From Eledone cirrhosa (lineage: Eukaryota): a stretch of 64,000 nucleotides of DNA. The DNA lies in the NCBI GenBank assembly GCA_964016885.1, contig OZ024740.1, positions 431,210,001-431,274,000 of the forward strand, read 5' to 3'. The position numbers were made by a program, and so were the translations under genes. Below the pieces are notes generated by a model. That model was not told the DNA's origin. It made no database searches and saw nothing but the letters and a program-made list of their open reading frames with translations. Shown piece by piece: positions 27,401-41,300 of the stretch (positions are counted from its first letter, which is position 1; each line of letters opens with the position of its first letter).

Positions 27401-30400
27401 TAACAGGAGTAAAGAGTCCTCTCTACCTTACATGTCTCCAATTGTCAATATTTACAGAGAGGTTGTTATTCCCTTAACAGGAGTAAAGAGTCCTCTCTAC
27501 TTTACATGTCTCCAATTGTCAATCTTTAGAGAGGTTGTTATTCCCTTAACAGGAGTAGAGAGTCCTCTCTACCTTACATGTCTCCAATTGTCAATATTTA
27601 CAGAGAGGTTGTTATTCCCTTAACAGGCGTAAAGAGTCCTCTCTACTTTACATGTCTCCAATTGTCAATCTTTAGAGAGGTTGTTATTCCCTTAACAGGA
27701 GTAAAGAGTCCTCTCTACCTTACATGTCTCTCATTGTGAATCTTTAGAGAGGTTGTTATTCCCTTAACAGGAGTAAAGAGTCCTCTCTACCTTACATGTC
27801 TCCAATTGTCAATCTTTAGAGAGGTTGTTATTCTCTTAACGGGAGTAAAGAGTCCTCTCTACCTTACATGTCTCCAATTGTCAATCTTTAGAGAGGTTGT
27901 TATTCCCTTAACAGGAGTAAAGAGTCCTCTCTACCTTACATGTCTCCAATTGTCAATCTTTAGAGGGGTTGTTATTCCCTTAACAGGAGTAAAGAGTGCT
28001 CTCTACCTTACATGTCTCCAATTGTCAATCTTTAGAGAGGTTGTTATTCCCTTAACAGGAGTAAAGAGTCCTCTCTACCTTACATGTCTCCAATTGTCAA
28101 TCTTTACAGAGAGGTTGTTATTCCCTTAACAGGAGTAAAGAGTCCTCTCTACCTTACATGTCTCCAATTGTCAATCTTTAGAGAGGTTGTTATTCCCTTA
28201 ACAGGAGTAAAGAGTCCTCTCTACCTTACATGTCTCCAATTGTCAATCTTTAGAGAGGTTGTTATTCCCTTAACAGGAGTAAAGAGTCCTCTCTACCTTA
28301 CATGTCTCCAATTGTCAATCTTTAGAGAGGTTGTTATTCCCTTAACAGGAGTAAAGAGTCCTCTCTACTTTACATGTCTCCAATTGTCAATCTTTAGAGA
28401 GGTTGTTATTCCCTTAACAGGAGTAGAGAGTCCTCTCTACCTTACATGTCTCCAATTGTCAATCTTTACAGAGAGGTTGTTATTCCCTTAACAGGAGTAA
28501 AGAGTCCTCTCTACTTTACACGTCTCCAATTGTCAATCTTTAGAGAGGTTGTTATTCCCTAAACAGGAGTAGAGTCCTCTCTACCTTACATGTCTCCAAT
28601 TGTCAATCTTTAGAGAGGTTGTTATTCCCTTAACAGGAGTAAAGAGGCCTCTCTACCTTACATGTCTCCAATTGTCAATCTTTAGAGAGGTTGTTATTCC
28701 GTTAACAGGAGTAAAGAGTCCTCTCTACCTTACATGTCTCTCATTGTGAATCTTTAGAGAGGTTGTTATTCCCTTAACGGGAGTAAAGAGTCCTCTCTAC
28801 CTTACATGTCTCCAATTGTCAATCTTTAGAGAGGTTGTTATTCCCTTAACAGGAGTAAAGAGTGCTCTCTACCTTACATGTCTCCAATTGTCAATCTTTA
28901 GAGAGGTTGTTATTCCCTTAACAGGAGTAGAGTCCTCTCTACCTTACATGTCTCCAATTGTCAATCTTTAGAGAGGTTGTTATTCACTTAACATGAGTAA
29001 AGAGTCCTCTCTACCTTACATGTCTCCAATTGTCAATCTTTAGAGAGGTTGTTATTCCCTTAACAGGAGTAAAGAGTCCTCTCTACCTTACATGTCTCCA
29101 ATTGTCAATCTTTAGAGAGGTTGTTATTCCCTTAACAGGAGTAAAGAGTCCTCTCTACTTTACATGTCTCAAATTGTCAATCTTTAGAGAGGTTGTTATT
29201 CCCTTAACGGGAGTACAGAGTCCTCTCTACCTTACATATCTCCAATTGTCAATCTTTAGAGAGGTTGTTATTCCCTTAACAGGAGTAAAGAGTGCTCTCT
29301 ACCTTACATGTCTCCAATTGTCAATCTTTAGAGAGGTTGTTATTCCCTTAACAGGAGTAAAGAGTCCTCTCTACCTTACATGTCTCCAATTGTCAATCTT
29401 TAGAGAGGTTGTTATTCCCTTAACAGGAGTAAAGAGTCCTCTCTACCTTACATGTCTCCAATTGTCAATATTTACAGAGAGGTTGTTATTCCCTTAACAG
29501 GAGTAAAGAGTCCTCTCTACTTTACATGTCTCCAATTGTCAATCTTTAGAGAGGTTGTTATTCCCTTAACAGGAGTAGAGAGTCCTCTCTACCTTACATG
29601 TCTCCAATTGTCAATATTTACAGAGAGGTTGTTATTCCCTTAACAGGCGTAAAGAGTCCTCTCTACTTTACATGTCTCCAATTGTCAATCTTTAGAGAGG
29701 TTGTTATTCCCTTAACAGGAGTAAAGAGTCCTCTCTACCTTACATGTCTCTCATTGTGAATCTTTAGAGAGGTTGTTATTCCCTTAACAGGAGTAAAGAG
29801 TCCTCTCTACCTTACATGTCTCCAATTGTCAATCTTTAGAGAGGTTGTTTTTCTCTTAACGGGAGTAAAGAGTCCTCTCTACCTTACATGTCTCCAATTG
29901 TCAATCTTTAGAGAGGTTGTTATTCCCTTAACAGGAGTAAAGAATCCTCTCTACCTTACATGTCTCCAATTGTCAATCTTTAGAGGGGTTGTTATTCCCT
30001 TAACAGGAGTAAAGAGTGCTCTCTACCTTACATGTCTCCAATTGTCAATCTTTAGAGAGGTTGTTATTCCCTTAACAGGAGTAAAGAGTCCTCTCTACCT
30101 TACATGTCTCCAATTGTCAATCTTTAGAGAGGTTGTTATTCCCTTAACAGGATTAAAGAGTGCTCTCTACCTTACATGTCTCCAATTGTCAATCTTTAGA
30201 GAGGTTGTTATTCCCTTAACAGGAGTAAAGAGTCCTCTCTACCTTACATATCTCCAATTGTCAATCTTTAGAGAGGTTGTTATTCCCTTAACAGGAGTAA
30301 AGAGTCCTCTATACCTTACATGTCTCCAATTGTCAATCTTTACAGAGATGTTGTTATTCCCTTAACAGGAGTAAAGAGTCCACTCTACTTTACATGTCTC

Positions 30401-31500
30401 CAATTGTCAATCTTTAGAGAAGTTGTTATTCCCTTAACAGGAGTAAAGAGTCCTCTCTACCTTACATGTCTCCAATTGTCAATCTTTACAGAGAGGTTGT
30501 TATTCCCTTAACAGGAGTAAAGAGTCCTCTCTACCTTACATGTCTCCAATTGTCAATCTTTAGAGAGGTTGTTATTCCCTTAACAGGAGTAAAGAGTCCT
30601 CTCTACCTTACATGTCTCCAATTGTCAATCTTTAGAGAGGTTGTTATTCCCTTAACAGGAGTAAAGAGTCCTCTCTACCTTACATGTCTCCAATTGTCAA
30701 TCTTTAGAGAGGTTGTTATTCCCTTAACAGGAGTAAAGAGTCCTCTCTACTTTACATGTCTCCAATTGTCAATCTTTAGAGAGGTTGTTATTCCCTTAAC
30801 AGGAGTAGAGACTCCACTCTACTTTACATGTCTCCAATTGTCAATCTTTACAGAGAGGTTGTTATTCCCTTAACAGGAGTAAAGAGTCCTCTCTACTTTA
30901 CACGTCTCCAATTGTCAATCTTTAGAGAGGTTGTTATTCCCTAAACAGGAGTAGAGTCCTCTCTACCTTACATGTCTCCAATTGTCAATCTTTAGAGAGG
31001 TTGTTATTCCCTTAACAGGAGTAAAGAGGCCTCTCTACCTTACATGTCTCCAATTGTCAATCTTTAGAGAGGTTGTTATTCCCTTAAAAGAAGTAAAGAG
31101 TCCTCTCTACCTTACATGTCTCCAATTGTCAATCTTTAGAGAGGTTGTTATTCCCTTAACAGGAGTAAAGAGTCCTCTCTACTTTACATGTCTCCAATTG
31201 TCAATCTTTAGAGAGGTTGTTATTCCCTTAACAGGAGTAGAGAGTCCTCTCTACCTTACATGTCTCCAATTGTCAATATTTACAGAGAGGTTGTTATTCC
31301 CTTAACAGGCGTAAAGAGTCCTCTCTACTTTACATGTCTCCAATTGTCAATCTTTAGAGAGGTTGTTATTCCCTTAACAGGAGTAAAGAGTCCTCTCTAC
31401 CTTACATGTCTCTCATTGTGAATCTTTAGAGAGGTTGTTATTCCCCTAACAGGAGTAAAGAGTCCTCTCTACCTTACATGTCTCCAATTGTCAATCTTTA
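18030..31500. repeat. Tandem duplication of a ~6713-bp (93-monomer) block; second copy lacks 362 bp (5 monomers)
   Basis: Offsets 18497/25210, 20155/26868 and 21093/27806 equal 6713, then 21733/28084, 23475/29826 and 24631/30982 equal 6351. Rare variants GTTGTTTTTCTC (~23497 and ~29848) and AGAATCC (~23592 and ~29943) are shared. Confidence 0.9.
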
Positions 31501-31619
31501 GAGAGGTTGTTATTCCCTTAACAGGAGTAAAGAGTCCTCTCTACCTTACAAGTCTCCTAATTGTCAATCTTTAGAGAGGTTGTTATTCCCTTAACAGGAG
31601 TAAAGAGTCCTCTCTACCT

Positions 31620-34600
31620 TACATGTCTCCAATTGTCAATCTTTAGAGAGGTTGTTATTCCCTTAACAGGAGTAAAGAGTCCTCTCTACCTTACATGTCT
31701 CCAATTGTCAATCTTTACAGAGATGTTGTTATTCCCTTAACAGGAGTAAAGAGTCCACTCTACTTTACATGTCTCCAATTGTCAATCTTTAGAGAAGTTG
31801 TTATTCCCTTAACAGGAGTAAAGAGTCCTCTCTACCTTACATGTCTCCAATTGTCAATCTTTACAGAGAGGTTGTTATTCCCTTAACAGGAGTAAAGAGT
31901 CCTCTCTACCTTACATGTCTCCAATTGTCAATCTTTAGAGAGGTTGTTATTCCCTTAACAGGATTAAAGAGTGCTCTCTACCTTACATGTCTCCAATTGT
32001 CAATCTTTAGAGAGGTTGTTATTCCCTTAACAGGAGTAAAGAGTCCTCTCTACCTTACATATCTCCAATTGTCAATCTTTAGAGAGGTTGTTATTCCATT
32101 AACAGGAGTAAAGAGTCCTCTCTACCTTACATGTCTCCAATTGTCAATCTTTACAGAGAGGTTGTTATTCCCTTAACAGGAGTAAAGAGTCCTCTCTACC
32201 TTACATGTCTCCAATTGTCAATCTTTAGAGAGGTTGTTATTCCCTTAACAGGAGTAAAGAGTCCTCTCTACCTTACATGTCTCCAATTGTCAATCTTTAG
32301 AGAGGTTGTTATTCCCTTAACAGGAGTAAAGAGTCCTCTCTACCTTACATGTCTCCAATTGTCAATCTTTAGAGAGGTTGTTATTCCCTTAACAGGAGTA
32401 AAGAGTCCTCTCTACTTTACATGTCTCCAATTGTCAATCTTTAGAGAGGTTGTTATTCCCTTAACAGGAGTAGAGAGTCCTCTCTACCTTACATGTCTCC
32501 AATTGTCAATCTTTACAGAGAGGTTGTTATTCCGTTAACAGGAGTAAAGAGTCCTCTCTACCTTACATGTCTCTCATTGTGAATCTTTAGAGAGGTTGTT
32601 ATTCCCTTAACGGGAGTAAAGAGTCCTCTCTACCTTACATGTCTCCAATTGTCAATCTTTAGAGAGGTTGTTATTCCCTTAACAGGAGTAAAGAGTGCTC
32701 TCTACCTTACATGTCTCCAATTGTCAATCTTTAGAGAGGTTGTTATTCCCTTAACAGGAGTAGAGTCCTCTCTACCTTACATGTCTCCAATTGTCAATCT
32801 TTAGAGAGGTTGTTATTCACTTAACATGAGTAAAGAGTCCTCTCTACCTTACATGTCTCCAATTGTCAATCTTTAGAGAGGTTGTTATTCCCTTAACAGG
32901 AGTAAAGAGTCCTCTCTACCTTACATGTCTCCAATTGTCAATCTTTAGAGAGGTTGTTATTCCCTTAACAGGAGTAAAGAGTCCTCTCTACTTTACATGT
33001 CTCAAATTGTCAATCTTTAGAGAGGTTATTCCCTTAACGGGAGTACAGAGTCCTCTCTACCTTACATGTCTCCAATTGTCAATCTTTAGAGAGGTTGTTA
33101 TTCCCTTAACAGGAGTAAAGAGTGCTCTCTACCTTACATGTCTCCAATTGTCAATCTTTAGAGAGGTTGTTATTCCCTTAACAGGAGTAAAGAGTCCTCT
33201 CTACCTTACATGTCTCCTAATTGTCAATCTTCAGAGAGGTTGTTATTCCCTTAACAGGAGTAAAGAGTCCTCTCTACCTTACATGTCTCCAATTGTCAAT
33301 CTTTAAAGAGGTTGTTATTCCCTTAACAGGAGTAAAGAGTCCTCTCTACCTTACATGTCTCCAATTGTCAATCTTTAGAGGGGTTGTTATTCCCTTAACA
33401 GGAGTAAAGAGTGCTCTCTACCTTACATGTCTCCAATTGTCAATCTTTAGAGAGGTTGTTATTCCCTTAACAGGAGTAAAGAGTCCTCTCTACCTTACAT
33501 GTCTCCAATTGTCAATCTTTAGAGAGGTTGTTATTCTCTTAACAGGATTAAAGAGTGCTCTCTACCTTACATGTCTCCAATTGTCAATCTTTAGAGAGGT
33601 TGTTATTCCCTTAACAGGAGTAAAGAGTCCTCTCTACCTTACATGTCTCCAATTGTCAATCTTTACAGAGATGTTGTTATTCCCTTAACAGGAGTAAAGA
33701 GTCCACTCTACTTTACATGTCTCCAATTGTCAATCTTTAGAGAAGTTGTTATTCCCTTAACAGGAGTAAAGAGTCCTCTCTACCTTACATGTCTCCAATT
33801 GTCAATCTTTACAGAGAGGTTGTTATTCCCTTAACAGGAGTAAAGAGTCCTCTCTACCTTACATGTCTCCAATTGTCAATCTTTAGAGAGGTTGTTATTC
33901 CCTTAACAGGATTAAAGAGTGCTCTCTACCTTACATGTCTCCAATTGTCAATCTTTAGAGAGGTTGTTATTCCCTTAACAGGAGTAAAGAGTCCTCTCTA
34001 CCTTACATATCTCCAATTGTCAATCTTTAGAGAGGTTGTTATTCCATTAACAGGAGTAAAGAGTCCTCTCTACCTTACATGTCTCCAATTGTCAATCTTT
34101 ACAGAGAGGTTGTTATTCCCTTAACAGGAGTAAAGAGTCCTCTCTACCTTACATGTCTCCAATTGTCAATCTTTAGAGAGGTTGTTATTCCCTTAACAGG
34201 AGTAAAGAGTCCTCTCTACCTTACATGTCTCCAATTGTCAATCTTTAGAGAGGTTGTTATTCCCTTAACAGGAGTAAAGAGTCCTCTCTACCTTACATGT
34301 CTCCAATTGTCAATCTTTAGAGAGGTTGTTATTCCCCTAACAGGAGTAAAGAGTCCTCTCTACTTTACATGTCTCCAATTGTCAATCTTTAGAGAGGTTG
34401 TTATTCCCTTAACAGGAGTAGAGAGTCCTCTCTACCTTACATGTCTCCAATTGTCAATCTTTACAGAGAGGTTGTTATTCCGTTAACAGGAGTAAAGAGT
34501 CCTCTCTACCTTACATGTCTCTCATTGTGAATCTTTAGAGAGGTTGTTATTCCCTTAACGGGAGTAAAGAGTCCTCTCTACCTTACATGTCTCCAATTGT

Positions 34601-35295
34601 CAATCTTTAGAGAGGTTGTTATTCCCTTAACAGGAGTAAAGAGTGCTCTCTACCTTACATGTCTCCAATTGTCAATCTTTAGAGAGGTTGTTATTCCCTT
34701 AACAGGAGTAGAGTCCTCTCTACCTTACATGTCTCCAATTGTCAATCTTTAGAGAGGTTGTTATTCACTTAACATGAGTAAAGAGTCCTCTCTACCTTAC
34801 ATGTCTCCAATTGTCAATCTTTAGAGAGGTTGTTATTCCCTTAACAGGAGTAAAGAGTCCTCTCTACCTTACATGTCTCCAATTGTCAATCTTTAGAGAG
34901 GTTGTTATTCCCTTAACAGGAGTAAAGAGTCCTCTCTACTTTACATGTCTCAAATTGTCAATCTTTAGAGAGGTTATTCCCTTAACGGGAGTACAGAGTC
35001 CTCTCTACCTTACATGTCTCCAATTGTCAATCTTTAGAGAGGTTGTTATTCCCTTAACAGGAGTAAAGAGTGCTCTCTACCTTACATGTCTCCAATTGTC
35101 AATCTTTAGAGAGGTTGTTATTCCCTTAACAGGAGTAAAGAGTCCTCTCTACCTTACATGTCTCCTAATTGTCAATCTTCAGAGAGGTTGTTATTCCCTT
35201 AACAGGAGTAAAGAGTCCTCTCTACCTTACATGTCTCCAATTGTCAATCTTTAAAGAGGTTGTTATTCCCTTAACAGGAGTAAAGAGTCCTCTCT
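31620..35295. repeat. Near-tandem duplication, offset 1948 bp (27 monomers)
   Basis: Offsets 31695/33643, 32131/34079, 32863/34811 and 33221/35169 equal 1948. Both copies carry the hybrid monomer TTTACAGAGAGGTTGTTATTCCGTTAA. Confidence 0.88.
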
Positions 35296-35309
35296 ACTTT
35301 ACATGTCTC

Positions 35310-38300
35310 CAATTGTCAATCTTTAGAGAGGTTGTTATTCCCTTAACAGGAGTAAAGAGTCCTCTCTACCTTACATGTCTCCAATTGTCAATATTTACAG
35401 AGAGGTTGTTATTCCCTTAACAGGAGTAAAGAGTCCTCTCTACTTTACATGTCTCCAATTGTCAATCTTTAGAGAGGTTGTTATTCCCTTAACAGGAGTA
35501 GAGAGTCCTCTCTACCTTACATGTCTCCAATTGTCAATATTTACAGAGAGGTTGTTATTCCCTTAACAGGCGTAAAGAGTCCTCTCTACTTTACATGTCT
35601 CCAATTGTCAATCTTTAGAGAGGTTGTTATTCCCTTAACAGGAGTAAAGAGTCCTCTCTACCTTACATGTCTCTCATTGTGAATCTTTAGAGAGGTTGTT
35701 ATTCCCTTAACAGGAGTAAAGAGTCCTCTCTACCTTACATGTCTCCAATTGTCAATCTTTAGAGAGGTTGTTATTCTCTTAACGGGAGTAAAGAGTCCTC
35801 TCTACCTTACATGTCTCCAATTGTCAATCTTTAGAGAGGTTGTTATTCCCTTAACAGGAGTAAAGAGTCCTCTCTACCTTACATGTCTCCAATTGTCAAT
35901 CTTTAGAGGGGTTGTTATTCCCTTAACAGGAGTAAAGAGTGCTCTCTACCTTACATGTCTCCAATTGTCAATCTTTAGAGAGGTTGTTATTCCCTTAACA
36001 GGAGTAAAGAGTCCTCTCTACCTTACATGTCTCCAATTGTCAATCTTTAGAGAGGTTGTTATTCCCTTAACAGGATTAAAGAGTGCTCTCTACCTTACAT
36101 GTCTCCAATTGTCAATCTTTAGAGAGGTTGTTATTCCCTTAACAGGAGTAAAGAGTCCTCTCTACCTTACATATCTCCAATTGTCAATCTTTAGAGAGGT
36201 TGTTATTCCCTTAACAGGAGTAAAGAGTCCTCTATACCTTACATGTCTCCAATTGTCAATCTTTACAGAGATGTTGTTATTCCCTTAACAGGAGTAAAGA
36301 GTCCACTCTACTTTACATGTCTCCAATTGTCAATCTTTAGAGAAGTTGTTATTCCCTTAACAGGAGTAAAGAGTCCTCTCTACCTTACATGTCTCCAATT
36401 GTCAATCTTTACAGAGAGGTTGTTATTCCCTTAACAGGAGTAAAGAGTCCTCTCTACCTTACATGTCTCCAATTGTCAATCTTTAGAGAGGTTGTTATTC
36501 CCTTAACAGGAGTAAAGAGTCCTCTCTACCTTACATGTCTCCAATTGTCAATCTTTAGAGAGGTTGTTATTCCCTTAACAGGAGTAAAGAGTCCTCTCTA
36601 CCTTACATGTCTCCAATTGTCAATCTTTAGAGAGGTTGTTATTCCCTTAACAGGAGTAAAGAGTCCTCTCTACTTTACATGTCTCCAATTGTCAATCTTT
36701 AGAGAGGTTGTTATTCCCTTAACAGGAGTAGAGAGTCCTCTCTACCTTACATGTCTCCAATTGTCAATCTTTACAGAGAGGTTGTTATTCCCTTAACAGG
36801 AGTAAAGAGTCCTCTCTACTTTACACGTCTCCAATTGTCAATCTTTAGAGAGGTTGTTATTCCCTAAACAGGAGTAGAGTCCTCTCTACCTTACATGTCT
36901 CCAATTGTCAATCTTTAGAGAGGTTGTTATTCCCTTAACAGGAGTAAAGAGGCCTCTCTACCTTACATGTCTCCAATTGTCAATCTTTAGAGAGGTTGTT
37001 ATTCCGTTAACAGGAGTAAAGAGTCCTCTCTACCTTACATGTCTCTCATTGTGAATCTTTAGAGAGGTTGTTATTCCCTTAACGGGAGTAAAGAGTCCTC
37101 TCTACCTTACATGTCTCCAATTGTCAATCTTTAGAGAGGTTGTTATTCCCTTAACAGGAGTAAAGAGTGCTCTCTACCTTACATGTCTCCAATTGTCAAT
37201 CTTTAGAGAGGTTGTTATTCCCTTAACAGGAGTAGAGTCCTCTCTACCTTACATGTCTCCAATTGTCAATCTTTAGAGAGGTTGTTATTCACTTAACATG
37301 AGTAAAGAGTCCTCTCTACCTTACATGTCTCCAATTGTCAATCTTTAGAGAGGTTGTTATTCCCTTAACAGGAGTAAAGAGTCCTCTCTACCTTACATGT
37401 CTCCAATTGTCAATCTTTAGAGAGGTTGTTATTCCCTTAACAGGAGTAAAGAGTCCTCTCTACTTTACATGTCTCAAATTGTCAATCTTTAGAGAGGTTG
37501 TTATTCCCTTAACGGGAGTACAGAGTCCTCTCTACCTTACATATCTCCAATTGTCAATCTTTAGAGAGGTTGTTATTCCCTTAACAGGAGTAAAGAGTGC
37601 TCTCTACCTTACATGTCTCCAATTGTCAATCTTTAGAGAGGTTGTTATTCCCTTAACAGGAGTAAAGAGTCCTCTCTACCTTACATGTCTCCAATTGTCA
37701 ATCTTTAGAGAGGTTGTTATTCCCTTAACAGGAGTAAAGAGTCCTCTCTACCTTACATGTCTCCAATTGTCAATATTTACAGAGAGGTTGTTATTCCCTT
37801 AACAGGAGTAAAGAGTCCTCTCTACTTTACATGTCTCCAATTGTCAATCTTTAGAGAGGTTGTTATTCCCTTAACAGGAGTAGAGAGTCCTCTCTACCTT
37901 ACATGTCTCCAATTGTCAATATTTACAGAGAGGTTGTTATTCCCTTAACAGGCGTAAAGAGTCCTCTCTACTTTACATGTCTCCAATTGTCAATCTTTAG
38001 AGAGGTTGTTATTCCCTTAACAGGAGTAAAGAGTCCTCTCTACCTTACATGTCTCTCATTGTGAATCTTTAGAGAGGTTGTTATTCCCTTAACAGGAGTA
38101 AAGAGTCCTCTCTACCTTACATGTCTCCAATTGTCAATCTTTAGAGAGGTTGTTATTCTCTTAACGGGAGTAAAGAGTCCTCTCTACCTTACATGTCTCC
38201 AATTGTCAATCTTTAGAGAGGTTGTTATTCCCTTAACAGGAGTAAAGAGTCCTCTCTACCTTACATGTCTCCAATTGTCAATCTTTAGAGGGGTTGTTAT

Positions 38301-41300
38301 TCCCTTAACAGGAGTAAAGAGTGCTCTCTACCTTACATGTCTCCAATTGTCAATCTTTAGAGAGGTTGTTATTCCCTTAACAGGAGTAAAGAGTCCTCTC
38401 TACCTTACATGTCTCCAATTGTCAATCTTTAGAGAGGTTGTTATTCCCTTAACAGGATTAAAGAGTGCTCTCTACCTTACATGTCTCCAATTGTCAATCT
38501 TTAGAGAGGTTGTTATTCCCTTAACAGGAGTAAAGAGTCCTCTCTACCTTACATATCTCCAATTGTCAATCTTTAGAGAGGTTGTTATTCCCTTAACAGG
38601 AGTAAAGAGTCCTCTATACCTTACATGTCTCCAATTGTCAATCTTTACAGAGATGTTGTTATTCCCTTAACAGGAGTAAAGAGTCCACTCTACTTTACAT
38701 GTCTCCAATTGTCAATCTTTAGAGAAGTTGTTATTCCCTTAACAGGAGTAAAGAGTCCTCTCTACCTTACATGTCTCCAATTGTCAATCTTTACAGAGAG
38801 GTTGTTATTCCCTTAACAGGAGTAAAGAGTCCTCTCTACTTTACATGTCTCCAATTGTCAATCTTTAGAGAGGTTGTTATTCCCTTAACAGGAGTAAAGA
38901 GTCCTCTCTACCTTACATGTCTCCAATTGTCAATCTTTAGAGAGGTTGTTATTCCCTTAACAGGAGTAAAGAGTCCTCTCTACCTTACATGTCTCCAATT
39001 GTCAATCTTTAGAGAGGTTGTTATTCCCTTAACAGGAGTAAAGAGTCCTCTCTACTTTACATGTCTCCAATTGTCAATCTTTAGAGAGGTTGTTATTCCC
39101 TTAACAGGAGTAGAGACTCCACTCTACTTTACATGTCTCCAATTGTCAATCTTTACAGAGAGGTTGTTATTCCCTTAACAGGAGTAAAGAGTCCTCTCTA
39201 CTTTACACGTCTCCAATTGTCAATCTTTAGAGAGGTTGTTATTCCCTAAACAGGAGTAGAGTCCTCTCTACCTTACATGTCTCCAATTGTCAATCTTTAG
39301 AGAGGTTGTTATTCCCTTAACAGGAGTAAAGAGGCCTCTCTACCTTACATGTCTCCAATTGTCAATCTTTAGAGAGGTTGTTATTCCCTTAAAAGAAGTA
39401 AAGAGTCCTCTCTACCTTACATGTCTCCAATTGTCAATCTTTAGAGAGGTTGTTATTCCCTTAACAGGAGTAAAGAGTCCTCTCTACTTTACATGTCTCC
39501 AATTGTCAATCTTTAGAGAGGTTGTTATTCCCTTAACAGGAGTAGAGAGTCCTCTCTGCCTTACATGTCTCCAATTGTCAATATTTACAGAGAGGTTGTT
39601 ATTCCCTTAACAGGCGTAAAGAGTCCTCTCTACTTTACATGTCTCCAATTGTCAATCTTTAGAGAGGTTGTTATTCCCTTAACAGGAGTAAAGAGTCCTC
39701 TCTACCTTACATGTCTCTCATTGTGAATCTTTAGAGAGGTTGTTATTCCCTTAACAGGAGTAAAGAGTCCTCTCTACCTTACATGTCTCCAATTGTCAAT
39801 CTTTAGAGAGGTTGTTATTCCCTTAACAGGAGTAAAGAGTCCTCTCTACCTTACAAGTCTCCTAATTGTCAATCTTTAGAGAGGTTGTTATTCCCTTAAC
39901 AGGAGTAAAGAGTCCTCTCTACCTTACATGTCTCCAATTGTCAATCTTTAGAGAGGTTGTTATTCCCTTAACAGGAGTAAAGAGTCCTCTCTACCTTACA
40001 TGTCTCCAATTGTCAATCTTTAGAGAGGTTGTTATTCCCTTAACAGGAGTAAAGAGTCCTCTCTACTTTACATGTCTCCAATTGTCAATCTTTAGAGAGG
40101 TTGTTATTCTCTTAACGGGAGTAAAGCGTCCTCTCTACCTTACATGTCTCCAATTGTCAATCTTTAGAGAGGTTGTTATTCCCTTAACAGGAGTAAAGAG
40201 TCCTCTCTACCTTACATGTCTCCAATTGTCAATCTTTAGAGGGGTTGTTATTCCCTTAACAGGAGTAAAGAGTGCTCTCTACCTTACATGTCTCCAATTG
40301 TCAATCTTTAGAGAGGTTGTTATTCCCTTAACAGGAGTAAAGAGTCCTCTCTACCTTACATGTCTCCAATTGTCAATCTTTAGAGAGGTTGTTATTCTCT
40401 TAACAGGATTAAAGAGTGCTCTCTACCTTACATGTCTCCAATTGTCAATCTTTAGAGAGGTTGTTATTCCCTTAACAGGAGTAAAGAGTCCTCTCTACCT
40501 TACATGTCTCCAATTGTCAATCTTTACAGAGATGTTGTTATTCCCTTAACAGGAGTAAAGAGTCCACTCTACTTTACATGTCTCCAATTGTCAATCTTTA
40601 GAGAAGTTGTTATTCCCTTAACAGGAGTAAAGAGTCCTCTCTACCTTACATGTCTCCAATTGTCAATCTTTACAGAGAGGTTGTTATTCCCTTAACAGGA
40701 GTAAAGAGTCCTCTCTACCTTACATGTCTCCAATTGTCAATCTTTACAGAGAGGTTGTTATTCCCTTAACAGGAGTAAAGAGTCCTCTCTACCTTACATG
40801 TCTCCAATTGTCAATCTTTAGAGAGGTTGTTATTCCCTTAACAGGAGTAAAGAGTCCTCTCTACCTTACATGTCTCCAATTGTCAATATTTACAGAGAGG
40901 TTGTTATTCCCTTAACAGGAGTAAAGAGTCCTCTCTACTTTACATGTCTCCAATTGTCAATCTTTAGAGAGGTTGTTATTCCCTTAACAGGAGTAGAGAG
41001 TCCTCTCTACCTTACATGTCTCCAATTGTCAATATTTACAGAGAGGTTGTTATTCCCTTAACAGGCGTAAAGAGTCCTCTCTACTTTACATGTCTCCAAT
41101 TGTCAATCTTTAGAGAGGTTGTTATTCCCTTAACAGGAGTAAAGAGTCCTCTCTACCTTACATGTCTCTCATTGTGAATCTTTAGAGAGGTTGTTATTCC
41201 CTTAACAGGAGTAAAGAGTCCTCTCTACCTTACATGTCTCCAATTGTCAATCTTTAGAGAGGTTGTTATTCTCTTAACGGGAGTAAAGAGTCCTCTCTAC

